From Ignavibacteriota bacterium (GTDB lineage: Bacteria > Bacteroidota > Ignavibacteria > SZUA-365), in the NCBI GenBank assembly GCA_016218045.1, contig JACRFB010000063.1:68226-132225 (forward strand): a stretch of 64,000 bases of DNA, read 5' to 3'. A program made the translations under genes and the position numbers. Below the pieces are notes generated by a model. It was not told the DNA's origin and did no database searches. It worked only from the letters and a program-made list of their open reading frames with translations. Positions 1 through 9,433 of this stretch are shown here, piece by piece (within the stretch, counting starts at the first letter, position 1; the number at the start of each line of letters is the position of its first letter).

Positions 1-1
1 T

Positions 2-1396
2 CCGCTGTTCAGCGAAAGGACGGCCGACCTCGACGACGTGGCCCAGCGCCTGCTCCGCGCGCTGCAGAAGAAACGTCTACACGCCAACATCGAGGGCAAA
101 CACGTTGTCATCGCCGACGTTCTTACACCCGCGGACACGGTGCTCTTTCTCCGCAATGACGTGCTCGGCTACGCGACAAATTTGGGAGGCATCACGTCCC
201 ACGCGGCTATTCTCGCCCGCTCGCTGAAAGTGCCCGCGGTGGTCGGAGCACACGACGCCACCGAGACCATCCGCACGGGCGATACGGTGATCCTCGATGG
301 TCAGCTCGGGCGCATTATCCTGCATCCCTCTCCCGAAACCATTGCGGAGTACCGCGGGAAAATCGATCGCATTCATGAGATCGAGACGCGGCTCGAAAAA
401 CTCGTGGGTCTGCCCTGCGTCACGCCCGATGGTCATAAGGTGGAACTTTCGGCGAACGCGGAATTTGTGAACGAGGTCGAATACGTTCTCGCGCAGGGAT
501 CGAAGGGGATCGGGCTGTACCGCACCGAGCATCTCTCGATTCTCGAAGGGGAATTTCCTTCCGAGCAGGAACAGTATGTCGCCTACAGCTCCATCGCACA
601 ATCGATGTACCCGCAGTCGGTGATCATCCGCACCTTCGATCTCGGCGGCGACAAATTCATGGTCCAAGCCCGCAAGGAGGATAATCCCTCGCTCGGCTGG
701 CGCGGCATTCGCGTGATGCTCGACAAGCCCGAAGAATTCCGCGCGCAGCTTCGCGCCATACTGCGCGCCTCCGTCACCGGCAACATCAAGATCATGTTTC
801 CGATGATCTCCGGGCTTGCCGAACTGCGGGAGGCGCGCGCGCACTTCGACGCGGCCAAGGCCGAGCTGCAGGCGCAGGGGTGTCCGTTCGACGATGCGAT
901 GGAAGTGGGCATCATGATCGAAGTGCCCTCGGCGGTGCTGCTGGCGGATGTATTTGCCCGCGCGGTCGATTTTTTCAGCATCGGCACAAACGATCTGGTT
1001 CAATATCTGCTGGCTGTGGACCGCAACAACGACCTCATCACGAACCTCTATCAGGAATTCCACCCATCCGTGATCCGCGCCATCAAACATGTGATCGACA
1101 CGGCGCACGCGCATGGCAAGTGGGTGGGGCTCTGCGGCGAGATGGGAGGGAATCCGCTCGGCACCATTCTGCTGCTCGGACTCGGACTCGACGAATTCAG
1201 CATGGTGCCGTCCATGATCCCGACGATCAAGGGCATCATTCGCGAGACGCGGTACGAGGATGCAAAAAATTTTGCCGAGGAAGTGCTGCGTTGCCATACA
1301 ACCGCCGAGACCAAACGCCTGCTTGCCTCCGCGTTCCGCGAGCGCTTCCCGCACCTCGCATCCATGTACATACTCAACGGCGCGATGAACACCTGA
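2..1396 (+). CDS. ptsI: Phosphoenolpyruvate-protein phosphotransferase (PTS Enzyme I), 5'-truncated by window edge
   Basis: The frame is open from position 2. Phospho-His motif GGITSHAAILARSLKVPAVVG. C-terminal LCGEMGGNP...LLGLGLDEFSMVPSMIPTIKGIIRETRYEDAK matches the Enzyme I catalytic Cys region and tail rather than PpsA. Confidence 0.7.
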   Translation, partial: PLFSERTADLDDVAQRLLRALQKKRLHANIEGKHVVIADVLTPADTVLFLRNDVLGYATNLGGITSHAAILARSLKVPAVVGAHDATETIRTGDTVILDGQLGRIILHPSPETIAEYRGKIDRIHEIETRLEKLVGLPCVTPDGHKVELSANAEFVNEVEYVLAQGSKGIGLYRTEHLSILEGEFPSEQEQYVAYSSIAQSMYPQSVIIRTFDLGGDKFMVQARKEDNPSLGWRGIRVMLDKPEEFRAQLRAILRASVTGNIKIMFPMISGLAELREARAHFDAAKAELQAQGCPFDDAMEVGIMIEVPSAVLLADVFARAVDFFSIGTNDLVQYLLAVDRNNDLITNLYQEFHPSVIRAIKHVIDTAHAHGKWVGLCGEMGGNPLGTILLLGLGLDEFSMVPSMIPTIKGIIRETRYEDAKNFAEEVLRCHTTAETKRLLASAFRERFPHLASMYILNGAMNT

Positions 1397-1441
1397 TATG
1401 CGGGAACACCGCGCGCACCTTCACTCAGCACACGGCCCACG

Positions 1442-2770
1442 ATGCAGGATCTTCTGACTCTCGACGATACACGCGCCACAGCGGCACTCGATGCAGCCGT
1501 CCTCGACACCGCCCGCGCCGCAGCACGCAGCGCGCTCGACACCTTGCGCACCCGCAATGGCGCCGGATCCGAATTCCTCGGGTGGCTGGATCTGCCCGTG
1601 CAGTCCGCCGCGGGCGTCGATGCCGTACGCGACGCCGCTGCACGGATACGCGGTGAATCGGACGCACTGATCGTCGTCGGCATCGGCGGTTCGTATCTTG
1701 GAGCGCGCGCCGTCATCGACGCCTGTTCGCCGCCACACACACAACACGATCTCGACGTGTACTACGCGGGGCACCATCTCGCGGGCAGCGATCTCGCCGC
1801 CCTGCTGCGCGCCTTGGAACATCGTTCCGTCAGCGTCAATGTGATTTCCAAATCCGGCACCACCACCGAACCCGCGCTGGCCTTCCGCGTGATCAAGAAT
1901 TGGATGGAACGGCGCTACGGGCGTGATGGCGCAGCGAAACGTATCGTCGCAACAACCGACTCCGCGCGCGGCGCCCTGCGCGGACTCGCGGATGCCGAGG
2001 GATATCGAAGCTTTATTATCCCCGACGACGTGGGCGGAAGATTTTCCGTGCTGACTCCCGTGGGATTGTTGCCCATTGCCGCAGCAGGCATCAACATCGA
2101 CGCGCTGCTGGCCGGCGCGCGCGCCTTTCACGCAACGGCTTTCAACGCGTCTTTCGAAACAAACATCGCGTTGCGGTATGCCGCCCTGCGCCGCGCCTTT
2201 GCCGCCACGGGGAAGAACATCGAAATTTTGGCCGGCTTCCATCCCTCTTTCCTCATGATCGCCGAATGGTGGAAACAACTGTTCGGTGAGAGTGAAGGAA
2301 AGGGAGGCGCGGGAATTTTTCCCGCCGCGGTCATGAATACCACCGATCTGCATTCGATGGGCCAGTATATTCAGGATGGCGAGCGACGGATGTTCGAGAC
2401 GTTCCTGCTTGCGGAATCGGACGGCGACGACCTTCTCGTGCCCGACACGGGAGACGAGACCGACGGTCTGCAATATCTGGCCGGACAACCGTTTTCGTGG
2501 ATCACGCTGCGCGCCTGGGAAGGAACGGCGCTTGCGCACGAAAGCGGTGGCACACCGAATCTGGCAATCCGTCTTCCATCGATCCGGCCGGACAGCATCG
2601 GCGCCCTCCTGTATTTCTTCGAGATCGCCGTGGCCATTTCGGGCTACGCGATGGGCGTCAATCCCTTCGATCAACCCGGTGTGGAAGACTACAAGCGCAA
2701 CATGTTCGCGCTTCTCGGCAAGCCCGGTTTCGAAGCCGAACGCGCAGCGCTACTGGCGCGAATGAAATAG
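1442..2770 (+). CDS. pgi: Glucose-6-phosphate isomerase (short bacterial/archaeal-type PGI, 442 aa)
   Basis: Motifs VVGIGGSYLGARAV and SKSGTTTEP. Length is consistent with PGI. Confidence 0.8.
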   Translation: MQDLLTLDDTRATAALDAAVLDTARAAARSALDTLRTRNGAGSEFLGWLDLPVQSAAGVDAVRDAAARIRGESDALIVVGIGGSYLGARAVIDACSPPHTQHDLDVYYAGHHLAGSDLAALLRALEHRSVSVNVISKSGTTTEPALAFRVIKNWMERRYGRDGAAKRIVATTDSARGALRGLADAEGYRSFIIPDDVGGRFSVLTPVGLLPIAAAGINIDALLAGARAFHATAFNASFETNIALRYAALRRAFAATGKNIEILAGFHPSFLMIAEWWKQLFGESEGKGGAGIFPAAVMNTTDLHSMGQYIQDGERRMFETFLLAESDGDDLLVPDTGDETDGLQYLAGQPFSWITLRAWEGTALAHESGGTPNLAIRLPSIRPDSIGALLYFFEIAVAISGYAMGVNPFDQPGVEDYKRNMFALLGKPGFEAERAALLARMK

Positions 2771-2902
2771 CGCGCTACTCCGCGGCGGACGGCGGCAGCA
2801 GCCCGCGCGTCACGGCGTGAGAATTCCGGTGGTGCAGACCTCGACCGCATCACTGCAACGCGGGCCCTCATCCGCGCTGATGCGCCGTGCGGAAATGTGG
2901 AG

Positions 2903-3340
2903 TCAGCCGGCGCGTGCGAGGCGGATATGATGATCCACCGACGCGCGGCCTCCGCCCGTCACGGCAAAGATGACGAGCAGGAACAGCATGAGAAGTGCAA
3001 GCCAGAGGTCGGATTGGTACGCGGAGAATTCGGGCCGCACGAGAAGTGCGTAACAGGCACCAAGCACGATGGGAAGCTGCGCGAGTGCGGCTATCCGTGT
3101 CAACAATCCCAACATAAGCAGGACGCTATGCGCGAGCTGAAAAATCACGACGTAATGCATGAACAGCACCGGAAGGAAACCGAAGCCGTTGTCGTGCAGG
3201 ATTCGCTGCATCGTGTCGCTGTCCAGCACAAAAGAAAGTCCCTTTGCGAGCAATACCGCGCCCGTCAGCATCCGCAAGTAATCCAGCCATTGCGGATGAT
3301 GAATATCCGCCCAACCCACAAGCGTATCGAACGGTTTCAT
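2903..3340 (-). CDS. DoxX family membrane protein
   Basis: 145 aa with 3-4 hydrophobic helices and a DoxX-like pattern (MKPFDTLVGW...LTGAVLLAKGLSF). Confidence 0.5.
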   Translation of the reverse strand: MKPFDTLVGWADIHHPQWLDYLRMLTGAVLLAKGLSFVLDSDTMQRILHDNGFGFLPVLFMHYVVIFQLAHSVLLMLGLLTRIAALAQLPIVLGACYALLVRPEFSAYQSDLWLALLMLFLLVIFAVTGGGRASVDHHIRLARAG

Positions 3341-3513
3341 GGTTCACCTCGAAGTGTGGTGATTCTGGGAAGTTTCCTCGCGAATATACTCGATTTTCTC
3401 CCGAAGCGACAGCCGACCCGCCGCAGCCATCATGCGACGGAACACGCGCGGGACTTGTACCCTCGTACGGGCGGCAGTACTTTTCGCGATGCATCACAGC
3501 ACATCGGACATCC

Positions 3514-4578
3514 ATGAATAACATCGATTACGCGGCGGCGCGCCGCATGTACGATCCCACCGATCAGCACGGAATACTCCGCGCATTTCCCGATCACATC
3601 ATCACGGGCACAGCCGCCGCCGACGCGGCGCAGCTCCCCACCATCGACCTCTCACATCTGCGTGGTGTCGCCATCGCGGGCATGGGCGGATCGGCCATCG
3701 GCGGGGATATTCTTCGCGGGCTCGCAGCGGAGGGTGTGCCGTATCCGATCCTCGTGCATCGGGGCTACAGCCTGCCCGCCTGTGTCGGCGCGAACTGGCT
3801 GGTGGTCGTGATGAGTTATTCGGGCGGGACGGAGGAATCACTCTCTGCGTACGATGCGGCCGTTCAGCGCGGCTGCACCATCCTCTGTATCACCTCGGGT
3901 GATGGATTCGCCGGGCGCGTCACTCGTGACGGACACGCCGTGATCCGCATTCCGGGTGGTCTGGCGCCGCGATTCGCGCTCGGGCATTTATTCTTCGCGC
4001 TTCTTCGCTGTGTCGAACGCCTCGGAATCGTTCCTGATATGACGCGAGAGCGCGACGAGACGATCGCCGTCGCACGCGCGGCAGTGGCGCGTTTTGCGGA
4101 CCCCGCTGCTCCGGGAAACACGGCCCTGTGGTACGCGGAGATGCTTCACGGCTCGCTGCCTGTGCTCTATGCGGGGCACACGATGCTGGAGCCCGTGCTG
4201 TTGCGCTGGCGCGGACAGATCGAGGAAAATGCGAAGATGCTCGCCTACGGTAACATGCTGCCGGAAATGAACCACAACGAGATCGTCGGGTGGGAAAAAA
4301 ATCCGGATCTGCTGCAACGCATTTCCGTGCTGGTGCTGCGCACGCCCGACGAGCATCCGCGCGTCGCGCTACGCTTCGAGGCCACACTCGGTCTGCTGCG
4401 TCCGCTCGCGGGTCGCATCGAACAGATCGCCGCAACGGCGTCGACACCGCTGGGCCGTGTTTTTGAGCTTGTCTGCCTCGGTGATTGGATCAGCTACTAT
4501 CTCGCCATCGGCGGCGGCATCGATCCGTTTCCGATCGAAAAAATATCGTCACTGAAAAACGCGCTCGCCTCGGCCTGA
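3514..4578 (+). CDS. SIS-domain bifunctional phosphoglucose/phosphomannose isomerase family protein
   Basis: Internal ATG at 3514 (MNNIDYAAARRMYDP) was used instead of the longer ORF at 3244, which overlaps DoxX. Two SIS-like segments AIAGMGGSAIGGDI and VVVMSYSGGTEESL...GCTILCITSG. Confidence 0.6.
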   Translation: MNNIDYAAARRMYDPTDQHGILRAFPDHIITGTAAADAAQLPTIDLSHLRGVAIAGMGGSAIGGDILRGLAAEGVPYPILVHRGYSLPACVGANWLVVVMSYSGGTEESLSAYDAAVQRGCTILCITSGDGFAGRVTRDGHAVIRIPGGLAPRFALGHLFFALLRCVERLGIVPDMTRERDETIAVARAAVARFADPAAPGNTALWYAEMLHGSLPVLYAGHTMLEPVLLRWRGQIEENAKMLAYGNMLPEMNHNEIVGWEKNPDLLQRISVLVLRTPDEHPRVALRFEATLGLLRPLAGRIEQIAATASTPLGRVFELVCLGDWISYYLAIGGGIDPFPIEKISSLKNALASA

Positions 4579-4584
4579 TCCGGC

Positions 4585-7443
4585 ATGTTCGCGCGGCACG
4601 GTATGCGATACAATTGCACACATACGGCACCCTGGAGGAGTTCCGCAGTACCGCTGTTGCTGTTGGTCGTCACAATGTGCGCTCCGGTTCTGCACGCGCA
4701 GTTCCTGCCCTTCGGCAGGAACAAGGTGGCATACACCGATTTTGACTGGCGGGTGCTGGCGACAGAACATTTCGACATCTACTACTACCCGGAGATGGAG
4801 GACCTCGCGCGGCGCGGCGCCACCTTCGCGGAAGCGAGTTTTGTCGAACTCGAGTCGCGGTTCAACTATTCGGTAATGCATCGCATTCCGCTGATTTTCT
4901 ACTCGTCGCACTTGCATTTCCAACAGACGAATATTTCGCCCGGGTTTATTCCCGAAGGTGTGGGCGGATTCTTCGAGTTCATCAAAGGCCGCGTGGTCAT
5001 TCCCTACACCGGCTCGCTCCACCAATTCCGCCATGTGATACAGCACGAACTCGTGCACGTGTTCATGCACAACAAGGTGTCGCAGGTGTTACGCGACCAC
5101 GGGGTGCCCGCGGAACGATACCCGCCGCTGTGGTTCGTGGAAGGACTGGCGGAATATTTCTCGACGCGCTGGGACAGCCAGGCCGAGATGCTGTTGCGCG
5201 ACGCGGTGCATTACGGCTACGTCGCGCCGCTGCGGTCGATCAATATGATCGCGGGATCCTTCCTGATGTACAAGGAGGGTCAGAACGCGCTCACCTTCAT
5301 CGCGGAGGAATACGGTGAGGAGTCGATCGTGCGCATCATCGAGAATGTGTGGAAGTCCGCCGACTTCCGCGACGTGCTGCACTGGAGCACCGGCGCGACG
5401 ATGGACGAGATCGACCGGGCCTGGTTGCGCTGGCTCCGCCGACGGCTGTATCCGCTCGCCGCGACCCGCGACCGCGCGTCCGACGTGGCGGAAGCGCTGG
5501 TCACGGAGGGTTTCGCGGCGAAGCCATTCTGGTACACGCGCGGCGACTCGAGTTACATCGTGTACATGGGCAACAATTCGGGCTACACGGGGGTGTACCG
5601 CGTTTCCACGCGCGGCGCCGAAGCGGAATTGCTGCTCGAAGGTGAGAAGAGCGGCGCCTTCGAGGCGTTTCATGCATATCAGACACGTATATCCGTTACT
5701 TCCGACGGACGTGTCGCCTTTGTGACCAAAAGCGGCGAGCGCGACGTGTTGCACGTGTTCGACATCGAGACGCGCACGCATCTCCGCTCGATGCAGATCG
5801 GCGCGCTTGTGACGCTCGGATCCCCCTCCTGGGCTCCCGACGGTCGGCGCCTGGTGTTGAGCGGAGCCGATGCTTCGGGCGAGTCGGATCTTTACATCGT
5901 CGACGTGGCGCGAGACGAGCTGCGTCCGCTCACACACGATCCGTATGACGACCGCGACCCTGCCTGGTCCCCAGACGGACTCTCGATCGCGTTCGTGTCG
6001 GACCGCGGTACTGGCGGCGCGCGCGGCGCCTTTCAGCTTTTTCTCACCGATACGACGGGACGCACCATCGAGTCGCTCGCGCAGGACAGCGGGAGTTACG
6101 CGGCACCCTCATGGTCGCCCGACGGCCGCTGGCTCCTGTGCACAAACGACCGCGAGGGTGTGCACGACGTGTACGCGCTGAAGCCGCACTCCGCGGGCGC
6201 GGCGCGCAGGACGCTGCGTCGCCTGACCTCCTTGCTCTCGTCGGCCTTTGATCCAATTTGGACAGGTGACGGTGACCTCGTCTTTTCCGCCTTCGACGCC
6301 TACCGCTTCTCGATCCGACGTCTCCGCGGCATCGCCGCGCGCATCGATAGCGCGGACGCTCTCGAGGTCGACATCGCCGGCGGCGGGGAAGAACCATGGT
6401 CGGTTCCGCAGTGGCGCGGCGATGCGGCGAGCGCATCCATCAAGTACGAGCGGGAGTATCAGCTCGACATCGCGCAGAGCCAGATCTCGACGGATCCGAT
6501 CTTCGGTACCGTAGGAGGCGCCGCGTTGAGCGTCAGCGACCTGTTCGGCAACGACAACTACTACTTCCTGATCTACAACACTGCGCAGACCAGCAGCGAA
6601 CTGCTCTCGAGTTTTAACATCGCGGTCTCGCGCATGTCGCTCGGAGCGCGTGCTCCTTACGCATACGGGATCTACAGTTTTTCCGGACGCCGCTACGACC
6701 TGCTCGATCCCGACGAGTACTTCATCGAACGCGCGTATGGCGCGTACGGGGCGCTCGCGTATCCGTTGACGGCATTTCAGCGCATCGAGGGCAGCGTGAG
6801 TCTGGGAAGTTCCGACAAGGAGGCGCTGTATGAGCTGCGGCAGCGCAAGGCACTGCTACTCACCAATTCGGTGTCGTACGTGAGCGACAACGCGCTCTAT
6901 TACATCACCGGACCCATCGACGGAAGCCGCTTCAACGCCACATTGTCCTTCACCACCGACGTGCAGTATTCGAACGTGAATTTCTTTTCCGTGATGGTGG
7001 ATTACCGGCGTTATCTGCGGCTTGGAGCGCGATCCGCACTCGCCACGCGCCTCGAGTTGCTGTACAACGACGGCCGCGAAGCACGGCGGTATTTTCTCGG
7101 AGGGAGCTGGGACCTGCGCGGCTGGCCGCGATGGTCGATACGCGGCAGCAAACGGTGGCTGACCAGTGTCGAACTCCGTTTCCCCGTGCTCGACCGTGTC
7201 GGTTTCGATTTTCCCTTCGGCGCGATCGACCTCGGCGTGTTACGCGGCGCGCTGTTCGCGGATGCCGGTAACGCGTGGGATGACGAATACACAGAGACAC
7301 TCGGGAGCATCGGCGCGGGACTGCGTTTCAATCTGTTCGGCGTGATTGTTTTCCGCTACGATTTCGGGAAGCGTATTGAACGAAATTTCCGGGCCCTGCA
7401 AAGCGGCACGTTTCAGCAGTTTTTCTTCGGGTGGGATTTCTGA
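4585..7443 (+). CDS. Multidomain outer-membrane protein: Glu-zincin-like peptidase domain + TolB-type WD40-like beta-propeller + Omp85/surface-antigen-like C-terminal barrel
   Basis: Signal peptide LLLLVVTMCAPVLHAQ. HEXXH (QHELVHVFMH) plus downstream EGLAEYF. Repeated PDGRRLVLSG / PAWSPDGLSIAFVSDR / PSWSPDGRWLLC TolB-type blades. C-terminus RYDFGKRIERNFRALQSGTFQQFFFGWDF ends in Phe like Omp85-family barrels. Confidence 0.55.
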   Translation: MFARHGMRYNCTHTAPWRSSAVPLLLLVVTMCAPVLHAQFLPFGRNKVAYTDFDWRVLATEHFDIYYYPEMEDLARRGATFAEASFVELESRFNYSVMHRIPLIFYSSHLHFQQTNISPGFIPEGVGGFFEFIKGRVVIPYTGSLHQFRHVIQHELVHVFMHNKVSQVLRDHGVPAERYPPLWFVEGLAEYFSTRWDSQAEMLLRDAVHYGYVAPLRSINMIAGSFLMYKEGQNALTFIAEEYGEESIVRIIENVWKSADFRDVLHWSTGATMDEIDRAWLRWLRRRLYPLAATRDRASDVAEALVTEGFAAKPFWYTRGDSSYIVYMGNNSGYTGVYRVSTRGAEAELLLEGEKSGAFEAFHAYQTRISVTSDGRVAFVTKSGERDVLHVFDIETRTHLRSMQIGALVTLGSPSWAPDGRRLVLSGADASGESDLYIVDVARDELRPLTHDPYDDRDPAWSPDGLSIAFVSDRGTGGARGAFQLFLTDTTGRTIESLAQDSGSYAAPSWSPDGRWLLCTNDREGVHDVYALKPHSAGAARRTLRRLTSLLSSAFDPIWTGDGDLVFSAFDAYRFSIRRLRGIAARIDSADALEVDIAGGGEEPWSVPQWRGDAASASIKYEREYQLDIAQSQISTDPIFGTVGGAALSVSDLFGNDNYYFLIYNTAQTSSELLSSFNIAVSRMSLGARAPYAYGIYSFSGRRYDLLDPDEYFIERAYGAYGALAYPLTAFQRIEGSVSLGSSDKEALYELRQRKALLLTNSVSYVSDNALYYITGPIDGSRFNATLSFTTDVQYSNVNFFSVMVDYRRYLRLGARSALATRLELLYNDGREARRYFLGGSWDLRGWPRWSIRGSKRWLTSVELRFPVLDRVGFDFPFGAIDLGVLRGALFADAGNAWDDEYTETLGSIGAGLRFNLFGVIVFRYDFGKRIERNFRALQSGTFQQFFFGWDF

Positions 7444-8570
7444 TGCGACGCCTGATGCTCGTGCTGCTTCTCACCGCCGGATGCGGATCACTCGAGGAAC
7501 TCGAGACCATCCCGTCGTGGACCACGGCGGAGTGGGGACAGAGCGGCGGAAACGCCTCGCGCACGGCGCGCACGGTGTCGGAGCTTCCGCGGTTGCTCGA
7601 CACACTGGCCGTGTTTCAGCTCGACGGTACACCGTCACCCGGATCGATGATGCTCGCGCAGGGCCTCGTGTTTATCCCCTGCGTGAATGGTGCCATCGAG
7701 GTGGTGGACCTCCGCGCGTTGCGCGCGCTCGGAACGCTCGATCTGACGGGCTGGATCAAGGGCACGCCCGCCCTGGCCGACAGCGTGTTGTACGTGCCGC
7801 TCGCAGCGGGCGGCGGGGAACTCGCGTGTGTGGACATCCCGCGCCGCTCGACACTCTGGCGCGTCGAGGCAGGACTGGTAGAAACCCCGCTGCTTCTGTA
7901 CGGGCGTGATGTCATCGGCTGTACGACAGATGGTGACGTGTTCCGACTTCGCGCGGATTCAACACAGGTGTGGCGCGTAAGCTCCACGAAAGGCATACTC
8001 GCGGCGCCCGCATCGGATGGCGACAGAGTCTTTGCGGGATACAGGGGAGGCATGCTGCGGGCTCTGTCGATACAGGACGGCCGCGAGATGTGGCAGGCCG
8101 CGATCGGCAGCACCATCGAGGCGCCTCCACTTGTTGCAGCCGATCTTGTACTCGCCGCCGGGCGCTCAGGGGATGTGGCGGCCTTCGACCGCAAAAACGG
8201 CACAGAGCGCTGGAGGCGTTCCGTCGTGTCACCCGTGTTCGCGGCGCTCGCGGCCGATACCTCGGCGGTGTACGTCGCCTCCGCCGACGGCATGCTGCAT
8301 GCCCTCGCACTTGTAGATGGACGGACAATGTGGACGGCGCAGGCGGGAGGCCTGGTCAGCGCCGGACTCGTGGTTTCAGGTAGCAGCATTGTGGCAGTGA
8401 CACAGCGCGGACGCATTTCCCTTCGGTCGCGACAGGATGGCACGGAGACGTGGGCGATGTCGATCGGTGGACGCGTGACCACGGCACCGCTTGTGTCGGA
8501 ATCGCGGCTGATAGTATGCACCGCCGATCGCACGGTGTTGGTGCTGGGTGCGAGGGGAGGGGAAAAATGA
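7443..8570 (+). CDS. PQQ-like beta-propeller repeat lipoprotein (BamB/YfgL-like)
   Basis: ATGA overlap with the upstream gene. Lipobox LLLTAGCGS. Repeated PQQ-type blades (VYVASADGMLHALALVDGRTMW, LVLAAGRSGDVAAFDRKNGTERW). Confidence 0.6.
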   Translation: MRRLMLVLLLTAGCGSLEELETIPSWTTAEWGQSGGNASRTARTVSELPRLLDTLAVFQLDGTPSPGSMMLAQGLVFIPCVNGAIEVVDLRALRALGTLDLTGWIKGTPALADSVLYVPLAAGGGELACVDIPRRSTLWRVEAGLVETPLLLYGRDVIGCTTDGDVFRLRADSTQVWRVSSTKGILAAPASDGDRVFAGYRGGMLRALSIQDGREMWQAAIGSTIEAPPLVAADLVLAAGRSGDVAAFDRKNGTERWRRSVVSPVFAALAADTSAVYVASADGMLHALALVDGRTMWTAQAGGLVSAGLVVSGSSIVAVTQRGRISLRSRQDGTETWAMSIGGRVTTAPLVSESRLIVCTADRTVLVLGARGGEK

Positions 8571-9328
8571 TAAAACGCCTCGCAATAAACTTGCTGATGC
8601 TGGCTGCGGTGTGCACGGCGCAGGGCCAGCAGGGCGATCCGTTGTCCCTGCGGTCGACAATCATAGAATCGGTGCCCGCGGGCGCGGAAGTGTGGCGCGC
8701 GGATTCACTGCTCGGTCAGACGCCGCTGCGGCTCACCGGACTGGAAAAGGACACGTTGCTCCTTTATTATCCCGGCCGGAGCATATGGCGCGCGAGACGC
8801 ACAGCCCTCCCGCCTCCGCGTCTCGACGCGCAGCAGGGAGTAAACCGCGTGGTGTTTGCGGAGCGGTACAGGGTGAGCACTGAGCCGCCGGATGCCGCGG
8901 TGTACTGCGGCGATTCCCTGCTCGGGCGCACGCCGCTCGAATTCGAGAACTGTGAAACGGCGGGGATCCGGGTCACAAAACCCGGCTACCGCGAACTGCG
9001 CGGCATCATACCGGGCGAGGATGGTTCGGCCCGCGTCATCCTCGATCCGCTCCCGGGAGCTGTCCCTCAGCCGCAGGTTCGGGACGCGGCCTCGTTCCGT
9101 TCCCCGGGCACCTCGGTGCTTGCGGCCGCGGGATTGGGGCTCGCTGCGGGTACGGCATCGGTCATTCTCAAACGCAGTGCCGACCGGCATTACGACGACT
9201 ACCGCCGCAGCGGCGACAATGCGGCGCTTCGCGCTACGCGGCGCGATGATTTGTGGGCCGGAATTTGCCTTGTAGCACTGGAGGCATCGGTCGGATATTT
9301 GGTCTTCCTTTTGTTCCACGACCGATAA
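8567..9328 (+). CDS. PEGA domain-containing protein
   Basis: Internal start MIKRLAINLLMLAAVCTAQG (signal peptide) overlaps the previous stop. Two PEGA-like segments (PAGAEVWRADSLLGQTPL; PPDAAVYCGDSLLGRTPL). C-terminal TM helices. Confidence 0.5.
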   Translation: MIKRLAINLLMLAAVCTAQGQQGDPLSLRSTIIESVPAGAEVWRADSLLGQTPLRLTGLEKDTLLLYYPGRSIWRARRTALPPPRLDAQQGVNRVVFAERYRVSTEPPDAAVYCGDSLLGRTPLEFENCETAGIRVTKPGYRELRGIIPGEDGSARVILDPLPGAVPQPQVRDAASFRSPGTSVLAAAGLGLAAGTASVILKRSADRHYDDYRRSGDNAALRATRRDDLWAGICLVALEASVGYLVFLLFHDR

Positions 9329-9433
9329 GGCGTATCTTTGCGCTTCGACGCACACCACAGCGAATTCAGCCTCAAGACCACGGAACGAGACGCTTTCGCT
9401 GTGTACCGCGTTGACCTCGCCCAAGGTACCCCC

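Noticed and set aside
77-1354. Long antisense ORFs across the window. Examples: 77-1354, 1421-2674, 5089-5937, 14826-16100, 17402-18172, 20863-21660, 21491-22462, 22550-23383, 23507-24124, 24761-25732, 40063-42090, 47978-49222, 51622-52635, 53530-54558.
   Set aside because: They lie opposite well-supported genes and encode Arg/Ala/Gly-rich low-complexity products. Stop-poor reverse frames are typical shadow ORFs in 65% GC DNA.
2-1396. Alternative call as PEP synthase (PpsA) or pyruvate phosphate dikinase C-terminal half
   Set aside because: The C-terminal LCGEMGG...LLGLGLDEFSM...KGIIRETRYEDAK tail matches PTS Enzyme I more closely than the PpsA/PPDK CGQ region. This is not fully excluded without the N-terminus.
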